A program made the translations under genes and the position numbers. From Candidatus Bathyarchaeia archaeon (GTDB lineage Archaea; Thermoproteota; Bathyarchaeia; Bathyarchaeales; Bathycorpusculaceae): a stretch of DNA of 64,000 nt. Positions 57,318 to 64,000 of this stretch are shown one piece after another (within the stretch, counting starts at the first letter, position 1; every line of letters starts with the position of its first letter). Where the stretch lies: assembly GCA_049521795.1 (NCBI GenBank), contig JBEKOM010000004.1:59078-123077 (forward strand), in the 5' to 3' direction. A model generated the notes under the pieces. It made no database searches. It was given only the letters and a program-made list of their open reading frames with translations, and had not been told where the DNA came from.

Positions 57318-59678
57318 ATGAACTGTCGAGTCTTTACATTATTACTGTTTCTTCTGACAGTGTTTCTTCTAATTCCCGTCCAGAGAGTCTCAGCGGACGT
57401 TGATTCGGACCTTCAGGTGACGCCGCTGACGCAGCATTTCGTTGTGAATCTCGTGTACACTCAGATGCTCCGGTTTAGCTTTAACATAACCAACTCTGGC
57501 ACTCAGGCGAGGCCGCTTATGATTCAGCACGATCCGCTTCCGGACTGGGTAGAACGCGATGACTATCAGGGCAAGGCTTTACCAAACACGGTTGACACGG
57601 TGTGGGTCATGTTAGGATGCGGCGGTCCTGACCTCAACTCTAATGGAACGACTTACACGGCGTACTACGCTGTGATCGCGGATCACGCCAACACCCCTGG
57701 AAACTATGTGGCTGCAAACGTGACCATAACTTGGACTATAATTGTTTCATGGGATGGCCAGCTGTACTATCAGGCCAGCGGAGAAGTGGTTGATGCTGAA
57801 ACCTCGGTCCCGATTTCCGGTGCTTACGTCGGCTTCGGGGTACCAGGCGAGTTCGGAGTAGGCCCTGGACCTGCGAGTGTTTCACAGGCAGACGGAACCT
57901 ATTCGGAGTACACCGTGATTCCAGGAACCACTAGCACCGCGGTCGCATTGGCCCTCGGGTATCAGACATACGTTAACGCTGACTACTATGTGACTTCAAA
58001 ACCTGACCAGCGCATCCAACAGAACTTTGAATTGATCCCTTCTGGGACGTTAGGAAACTACAGCCTGCAGTGGAACTCAACCCTGCTGAGCCCCATCTAC
58101 TACGGAGCCATCTCATCCGACTTCAAGACCATGATCCTGGCAGGGGGAGAACATGGAACCGCGAGTTACCACGCATTGCCAGACCCGTCCTTCAGCAATC
58201 TGTACTACGTCTACTTGTACGATACGAACGGCACGATGCTATGGAGGTTCGGGCCTTTGACCAACGACAGCGACACTTACGGAGGGTTCTGGAGCGCCAC
58301 CATAACAGCAGACGGTTCCTTAGCAGCGGCGGGAACCACCGATGGAAAACTCTTCGTCTACAACAGACAAGGCCTGCTGTGGAACATCACCAGAACAGCT
58401 GAAAACGCTTCAGACGCCCAGTTTGAACGATTTTCTCCAGACGGAAACTACTTAGTGGACGGTTGCGGCGGCAGCTGGATAGAATGCAGGAACGCCACGA
58501 CCGGCGAGATCTTCTGGTCAGCGCCCGCCTACGAGCTTGCAAATCCTAGGGCGATGCTCTTCAGCGCCGACAGCAGCAAACTGCTGGTTGGAACTTCAGT
58601 GCTGCGATTGTTCGACACTGCCAACGGCACGCTGCTCTGGACAAGATCGATAAGCGGGTTCATCTGGCCGACTTCGATCGCTGCGACACCCGACTTTTCA
58701 TTCATAGTCGTCGGCACTGGGAAGGGCGGCACCATCTGGGCCATGGACGGCGACGGCAACGTCAAGTGGGAGGTCGACACTGGAAACAGCGCAGTCAACT
58801 GGGTCTCCATGTCAGTCGACGGCTCAGTTGTCGCTACGGGAGCAAGAGACGGTCTCAGAATCTTCAACCAGAACGGAAAACTGCTATGGGGACTTACCGG
58901 CCTTGAAGCCCGCCTACCTTGGATTGGCGACGTGACCGCGGGAGCTGTGACAGCTGATGGCCGCTACATTCTCGCAGGCACGTCCGGCAACACCGCCTTC
59001 CGAAGCGATACCATTCCAAACGGAGCTTTGCTTTTTGACGTGAACGGCACTCTCCTCTGGAGTGACTTCTGGAACACCACGGCGACGAAGTGGGTGCCAC
59101 CCGACTTTGGAAGACCACTGTTTGCAGCGATATCAAGCGATGCCAGCACTTTCATCCTTGGGTCCACCGACAGCGCTCTAAGAGTGTATCACGGAGCGGT
59201 CGTAGCAACGCCTACCCCTCAGAACGTCACAGTTGCTGATCACACTGTTCAAGTGGACGGAAAAGTTTTCCACGTAGTAACGGAAAGCAACTCAACCGTG
59301 TCGGACATCGTCTTGGATCAATCACAAATAAAGTTCAACGTCTCCGGTGACTCTGGCACAGTTGGATATTTCAACGTGACAATTCCAAAGTCTCTGATGA
59401 ACTGCACAAGTCTTGACGATTGGACCGTGTGGCTTAACGGCACACAGCTTCTAGCTCCTAACTTCCTCGCGCCAACGGAAAACGCAACACACACGTTCAT
59501 ACAGTTCACTTGCACGTTTGATTCCACGTTTCAAGTAACTATCAAAGGAACAAACGTGGTTCAAGAGTTTCCATCACCAACCATTCTGTCACTAGCCATC
59601 GCAACAACGCTACTAGCAGTCATAGTCTGCAAAAGAGGAAGGATTAAGAAAACCGATGGATCAACGGCACCTCACTAG
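57318..59678 (+). CDS. large secreted protein with beta-propeller-type repeats and a C-terminal anchor
   Basis: Signal peptide. There is a CarboxypepD_reg-like segment (GEVVDAETSVPISGAYV...ADGTYS) and multiple repeats of DG..L.AG...G.L.....G.LLW. The C terminus is QEFPSPT + TM + KRGRIKK. Confidence 0.7.
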   Translation: MNCRVFTLLLFLLTVFLLIPVQRVSADVDSDLQVTPLTQHFVVNLVYTQMLRFSFNITNSGTQARPLMIQHDPLPDWVERDDYQGKALPNTVDTVWVMLGCGGPDLNSNGTTYTAYYAVIADHANTPGNYVAANVTITWTIIVSWDGQLYYQASGEVVDAETSVPISGAYVGFGVPGEFGVGPGPASVSQADGTYSEYTVIPGTTSTAVALALGYQTYVNADYYVTSKPDQRIQQNFELIPSGTLGNYSLQWNSTLLSPIYYGAISSDFKTMILAGGEHGTASYHALPDPSFSNLYYVYLYDTNGTMLWRFGPLTNDSDTYGGFWSATITADGSLAAAGTTDGKLFVYNRQGLLWNITRTAENASDAQFERFSPDGNYLVDGCGGSWIECRNATTGEIFWSAPAYELANPRAMLFSADSSKLLVGTSVLRLFDTANGTLLWTRSISGFIWPTSIAATPDFSFIVVGTGKGGTIWAMDGDGNVKWEVDTGNSAVNWVSMSVDGSVVATGARDGLRIFNQNGKLLWGLTGLEARLPWIGDVTAGAVTADGRYILAGTSGNTAFRSDTIPNGALLFDVNGTLLWSDFWNTTATKWVPPDFGRPLFAAISSDASTFILGSTDSALRVYHGAVVATPTPQNVTVADHTVQVDGKVFHVVTESNSTVSDIVLDQSQIKFNVSGDSGTVGYFNVTIPKSLMNCTSLDDWTVWLNGTQLLAPNFLAPTENATHTFIQFTCTFDSTFQVTIKGTNVVQEFPSPTILSLAIATTLLAVIVCKRGRIKKTDGSTAPH

Positions 59679-59969
59679 AATCGTGAAGAAGACAGCGAGA
59701 AAAGCTGCATGGCGTTTTCCGATGAAGGATTGTTACTTTCACGGTTCGAGCCGGGTGCTCTCTCGCTCTCACACCCTCCCCCCCGGGTATCCTATATGAC
59801 CCAAATATGGTTAGGTAGTCAGAAATGACTATCCGCATATGGTTCAAGAGCAGAGTTGCACTAGCTACTGCCCGAAAGAATTAAGGAACACGCTAGCGCG
59901 CTAGGAGAAGAAAAAGAAAAGATGGCTTATTTTTGACCCATCGCCTGGGCTGTCGCAAGGTATTTATGT

Positions 59970-60323
59970 ATGCAATTGATATCTTTTGTATACGGTGACG
60001 TGTTGACGCTTAAACCTTTAGCGGTAAGGATACCTAAGGAAATCGAGAAGGAAATCCTCGAAGTGGTCGAACGTGCAAAGTTGGACAAGGCTACTGTTGT
60101 TAGGAATCTTCTTGAATTGGGAATTGCGGAGTGGAGGAAGCAGACGGCTCTGGAGTTGTTGCGAGACGGGAAAACCACGTTTGCCAAGGCTGCAGAGATG
60201 GCAAGGCTTTCGCTTTGGGAATTCGCTGATCTGGTGAAGCAGCGTAGTGTGGAATGGGTTAGATTTACGCCTGAAGAGCTCGAGAAAGAGTTCAGGGAAG
60301 CGTCGGCGGCGAAGCGTAAGTGA
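59970..60323 (+). CDS. antitoxin-like protein (RHH segment plus UPF0175-like domain)
   Basis: LAVRIPKEIEKEILEVVE...ATVVRNLLELG, then A.ELLRDGKTTFAKAAEMARLSLWEFADLV. Confidence 0.6.
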   Translation: MQLISFVYGDVLTLKPLAVRIPKEIEKEILEVVERAKLDKATVVRNLLELGIAEWRKQTALELLRDGKTTFAKAAEMARLSLWEFADLVKQRSVEWVRFTPEELEKEFREASAAKRK

Positions 60324-60832
60324 AGCTGCTTGTTTTCAATTCTACGCCATTGATCTACTTGACTAAAGTGGGTTTGAGCATGGTTCTTGAGGGTTTGAAG
60401 GGCGAAAAGGTAACGTCGCCGAAGGTCAAGAGCGAGGTTGTGGATGAAGGCAGGCGTAAAGGTGTTCCTGACGCAGTTGTCTTGGAAAAGCTGTTTGACA
60501 GCAAAGTGTTTAGGGTTGTTGAGCCTAAGGATGAGGAGTTTTTGTCGAGATTGTTGAAGACGAGGGGACTTCATGTGACTGACGCGGAGGTTTTGGCTCT
60601 TGCCCACGAGTTGAACGGTGTGGCTGTCGTGGATGATGGTGTGGCAAGGAACACCGCGAAGGTTTACGGGATAGGCTACGTGGGTACGCCATATGTTCTG
60701 GCGAGGGCTGTCTGTGAGGGATTGGTCACTAAAGAAAGAGCTAAGCAGGCTGTGAACGAAATGGTTTCTGTCGGTTGGCGATGCAGCGTTGAAAGTTATG
60801 CGAAGATTATTGAAGCTTTAGAGAAGCTTTAG
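60320..60832 (+). CDS. PIN-like toxin (DUF3368-type)
   Basis: GTGA overlap with the upstream gene. Contains LVFNSTPLIYL..., DAEVLALA and VVDDGVARNTAKVYGI..VGT..VL. Confidence 0.65.
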   Translation: MKLLVFNSTPLIYLTKVGLSMVLEGLKGEKVTSPKVKSEVVDEGRRKGVPDAVVLEKLFDSKVFRVVEPKDEEFLSRLLKTRGLHVTDAEVLALAHELNGVAVVDDGVARNTAKVYGIGYVGTPYVLARAVCEGLVTKERAKQAVNEMVSVGWRCSVESYAKIIEALEKL

Positions 60833-60892
60833 AGGTTGAGCAAATTCAGCGCGCTGGCTTGTCCCTAAATTCGAAAAAAAAAGTAACTGAAA

Positions 60893-60931
60893 GCATATAC
60901 ATTTCGCATATACGTTTTGCATATACAGTTG
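60893..60931 (+). repeat. three tandem 13-bp units sharing the core GCATATAC
   Basis: GCATATACatttc GCATATACgtttt GCATATACagttg, with cores at 60893, 60906 and 60919. Confidence 0.7.
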
Positions 60932-61062
60932 ACGAGCATTGTTGAAAACGGTGAGGCTGTTCACGTCGGCTGCCGAGCTGCGTGGACTGTTCAAGTGCGC
61001 AATGAGTCGATAGACTCAACAAAAAACGCACGCTGAGAATGAACAATGCCCAACGATTGAGG

Positions 61063-61125
61063 CTACTTCTTCAATCGTTTCTCTTTGTGCTTTCTTCTTT
61101 TCTCTTCTCTTTCCTTTTTAGTCAT
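61063..61125 (-). CDS. candidate 20-aa Lys/Arg/Glu-rich micro-protein (paralogue of 51015-51107)
   Basis: MTKKEREEKRRKHKEKRLKK. Confidence 0.3.
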   Translation of the reverse strand: MTKKEREEKRRKHKEKRLKK

Positions 61126-61468
61126 TGGTTTCTTTTTAGTGGCTCCAGTGCTCAATTCAATCACCACGCTCAAATAGTCAGAATAGGGAATTAAGTTTTT
61201 GCGCGCGCTCTGGCTAATGCGCGTGCTTCTTCCAGTCTCCTCACTTTTTTAACGTTGCTCCTTCCATGTTTCCATGTTCCTCGGCTTTTCATTCTTTTCA
61301 AGAATCGTTCTTTTTTCGCCTGCTTTTTCCTCGATCGGTCCAAACAAATCTTCCTTCCCAGAATCAGAAAGTAACAACAAACAAGGATTATAACCTTTCA
61401 CCTGAATAATCCGACAGAATCCAAGACTTAATGAGAAAGAAGTTCATTAGAGTATTGAGAGTCTGTTT

Positions 61469-61582
61469 ATGAGCAGGCGTAGACGGTTTGACAGGCTTGA
61501 ATGTCAGAATTGCATTTACAAGAGCAGCACGTACTGTTGGAGACAATGTCCGTACAACATCTGGAAGACGGAAGAATACTAA
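61469..61582 (+). CDS. candidate 37-aa four-Cys mini-protein
   Basis: MSRRRRFDRLECQNCIYKSSTYCWRQCPYNIWKTEEY (CxxC ... CxxxC). It falls below the ORF-track threshold. Confidence 0.2.
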   Translation: MSRRRRFDRLECQNCIYKSSTYCWRQCPYNIWKTEEY

Positions 61583-61784
61583 GTCTCGTGCGGTTGCTTC
61601 TTAGCTGCAGGAGCCTGAGTTGTGTTCTCATCGGCTACACGTTCGAATAGCCTTCCGCGCGCTGTGAGACGCCTAGAGAACTGAATGAGATTTAAGATAA
61701 AGCCGATGCCTATATCTTAGGAGCTCCATTGTACTGTTTGGATGTAAATGGTTTAATGAGGACTGAAGGAATGGGAGTGGGAAC

Positions 61785-62078
61785 ATGATTTCGTCCAAGG
61801 CGAAAAATCGAATGAAGCGTGAGCTAGCCTTAGGGAAGCCAACAATATGGGTTGGTAAGGAGGGAGCGTCGCCGCAGACGATGAATGAGATTTCTAGGCA
61901 GTTGGAGAAGAGGAAAATGGTGAAAGTCCAAATATTGAATAGCGCGCTTGTGAATGAGAGCGCCAAAGACATCGCGTCAAAAACAGCTCAGCAAACAGGA
62001 TCCGTTTTAATCGATGTTCGAGGCCACACTTTCATACTGCATAAGCCTCGCAAAAAGAGAAGTGAAAAGCCTCCGTGA
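61785..62078 (+). CDS. CRS1/YhbY-type RNA-binding protein
   Basis: KRELALGKPTIWVGKEGAS......I...L..RKMVKVQIL. Confidence 0.8.
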   Translation: MISSKAKNRMKRELALGKPTIWVGKEGASPQTMNEISRQLEKRKMVKVQILNSALVNESAKDIASKTAQQTGSVLIDVRGHTFILHKPRKKRSEKPP

Positions 62079-62561
62079 GAGGACCGTTTAAAGGGTTTTG
62101 AAAGGGATTGGATTGTGATAATCTTGTTAGGGAAGGTTCAAAAACACCCACTTCGTTCATGCCTTTGACCTTGCCTTCATGAACCTGCCTCCGTCAAGAG
62201 ATCCTAAAATGGCTGACGCATCCATTGACAAAGGCGCGCGCGTCTTTCTTGATGAGCATGACCATTCTGACTGAGTGTGCTCTTTTCATCCTCTTCAACT
62301 ATCGAACAGCCTAGCGCGCGCACTATCTTACTCTCTTGTTTCTCCGAAGCAAGCGTTTGTTTGGGAGTTTTGGTTTCTTCACACGTTTTGCATCCGTCGC
62401 AGCCAAGACTAGACCCTCAAGACAGTTTTGACCCTCGTTTCTCTTAAAGCTACTGTACAGCGCGCTCTAATGATTGTGGAGACGACTTACAAATTTAGCG
62501 CGCTGGATCGATAGGCATGCGGAACATGCTAGAAATCGGCTATTAACCCGAAAATCTTGCA

Positions 62562-62774
62562 TTAGGGTTTAGTGCGGGCGGCGCTTGGCTTCTTTACCCA
62601 TTCTATTTTAGTAGAGTAGGCTTCACGCAATTGTGGAGAAGTAATGGGTTTCCATTCTTTGGCCACTGCAAGCATTCGACTTTTGGATTTGCTAGTCTTG
62701 TCTTTTCGTTTGGGCTTTTGTTTCCCTCTCGGTTTGTAATGTTCAGGTTTCATGTTCGATCTCCGCTGGTTCAA
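62562..62774 (-). CDS. lysine-rich hypothetical protein
   Basis: 70-aa ORF, very basic in its N-terminal half. It is the only sizeable ORF in a 1.1-kb gap. Confidence 0.3.
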   Translation of the reverse strand: MNQRRSNMKPEHYKPRGKQKPKRKDKTSKSKSRMLAVAKEWKPITSPQLREAYSTKIEWVKKPSAARTKP

Positions 62775-63213
62775 GCTTAGATATCTAACATATAGGAGTT
62801 TTGTAACCTTTTGATTTAGCGCGCTACTAACAAAGGGTTGATACTGGCTATTTCCATGACCGAAAGCAACCTGCGTGTGTCATCTATTTTTTGAGCTCTG
62901 CGACTAGCAGATGTAGATTGGTTTTCCCTGTGTTCTCGGCTTCATGTGATCGTGCCTTGAGGAAGAGCCTCTTGGCCGCTTTTGTGTCCAAAACATCTGT
63001 TTTTCCTGAGGATGTCAGTTTTAGTTTGCCACCTTAGCGCTCGAATCCGGGACAAGGGAACTGCAGGAAAATGTCCTCATGATGCTCTGTTGGTTAATCG
63101 GTTTATAAGGAAGTGTGTGCATTATGGGGCAGTAGCGTTCTGTTGTTGACGGACGAGAAGAACACAGCAACGTTGCACGACACAATCAATGATGAAAGGG
63201 GTGATAGAAAGAA

Positions 63214-63498
63214 ATGGCTGAAGAATCTGCAATTGTTTTCATTGGAAGTAAACCACCAATGGACTATGTTCTAGCAGTTATGACAAGACTATCGGCTGGC
63301 AATGCTAAGGAAGTAGTTTTGAAGGCAAGAGGACAGGCGATCACTACGGCTGTTGATGTGGCTGAAATAACCAGAAATCGCTTCCTGAAGGACCTGAAAG
63401 TGAGCAAGATAGCTGTAGGAACAGAGGAGATGCCGGCAAGAGAAGGCGAGAACAGGTCACGGATGGTTTCAATAATAGAAATAACCCTTGCAAAATAG
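63214..63498 (+). CDS. albA: chromatin/RNA-binding protein Alba
   Basis: [15 protein letters not shown]......[25 protein letters not shown]. Confidence 0.92.
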   Translation: MAEESAIVFIGSKPPMDYVLAVMTRLSAGNAKEVVLKARGQAITTAVDVAEITRNRFLKDLKVSKIAVGTEEMPAREGENRSRMVSIIEITLAK

Positions 63499-63569
63499 CA
63501 GGAAACCTTGCGAAACACGCGTGCAATTATAGTGAGAGAATGTTTAGATACGGGTAACGATGAAGAACA

Positions 63570-64000
63570 ATGAAACTTGCTGTTCTGGTCTGGGAGTATC
63601 CACCGAGGATCGTCGGTGGCTTGGGAACCTACTCGGCTGAAATAACTCGCCAGTTTGTTCTCACGGACAATGATGTTACAGTTTTCACGATGAATGATGA
63701 TGCAAATGCTTTGCCGACGCGTGAGATTTGGCACGGTATCGAAATCCACAGGCCGCTGCACATTGACATTTCTGACTCGTTGCCCGATGTTGTTGCAGAA
63801 GACCTACGGAAATGGGGTAGTGGGTTACAGTGGTTTTCAAAGATCCTCGTTTATAATTATCTGAGCGCTGCAAAACTCGTGAATGAGCTGATAAGAAAAG
63901 AACGCATCAAATTCGACCTTGTCGTTGCTCATGACTGGCTTTCAGGTATAGGTGGAATGGCTGTTAAGAAAGAGGCAGGACTTCCTTTTGCGTTTCACGT
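63570..64000 (+). CDS. glycosyltransferase (GT4/GT5, glycogen-synthase-like), 5' part running off the window
   Basis: MKLAVLVWEYPPRIVGGLGTY ... DLVVAHDWLSG. The frame stays open to the window end. Confidence 0.75.
   Translation, partial: MKLAVLVWEYPPRIVGGLGTYSAEITRQFVLTDNDVTVFTMNDDANALPTREIWHGIEIHRPLHIDISDSLPDVVAEDLRKWGSGLQWFSKILVYNYLSAAKLVNELIRKERIKFDLVVAHDWLSGIGGMAVKKEAGLPFAFH

Noticed and set aside
62258-62280. TTGATGA-N11-CTGACTGA, resembling half of a C/D sRNA
   Set aside because: No second box pair or terminal helix is present, so it is not enough for a call.
63188-63225. C/D-box-like ATGATGA ... CTGA just upstream of and overlapping the alba start
   Set aside because: The boxes are only about 25 nt apart, there are no C'/D' boxes or terminal stem, and the CTGA lies inside the alba coding sequence.

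Overview
This is an archaeal chromosomal window that is densely coding up to about 48 kb. Gene content suggests a TACK-type or Bathyarchaeia-like lineage, but that is inference only. The core genes cover information processing and housekeeping.

- **Translation:** an editing-domain-less ThrRS; an aromatic aminoacyl-tRNA synthetase cluster (TrpRS, PheRS alpha and beta, TyrRS); MetAP; Pelota; a tRNA thiolase.
- **Replication and chromatin:** a small Toprim protein, DnaG and a family-B DNA polymerase; TBP; Alba; a YhbY-like protein.
- **Chaperones and metabolism:** grpE-dnaK-dnaJ, a tungsten-type aldehyde:ferredoxin oxidoreductase, a P-type ATPase, ABC exporters, a ZIP transporter and NMNAT.
- **Surface proteins:** several secreted repeat proteins with C-terminal membrane anchors.

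Three RNA genes are absent from the ORF track:
- a 203-nt intron-rich tRNA, read by hand as tRNA-Trp(CCA) with three introns;
- a stand-alone 5S rRNA;
- an RNase P RNA at about 48309-48627.

A tyrosine recombinase gene starts 36 bp after the RNase P RNA. It opens an accessory-looking, ORF-poor stretch (48.6-63.2 kb) containing:
- a 43-bp hairpin direct repeat;
- tiny lysine-rich ORFs;
- a UPF0175/PIN toxin-antitoxin pair;
- GCGCGC-core palindromes found almost only between genes.

Other oddities are a DnaG gene with no canonical start codon, a PolB whose Exo I and Exo III residues look lost, and an ABC half-transporter split into TMD and NBD genes. I saw no CRISPR array and no IS element with clear inverted repeats. 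All calls come from reading the sequence and remembered family motifs; no searches were run.
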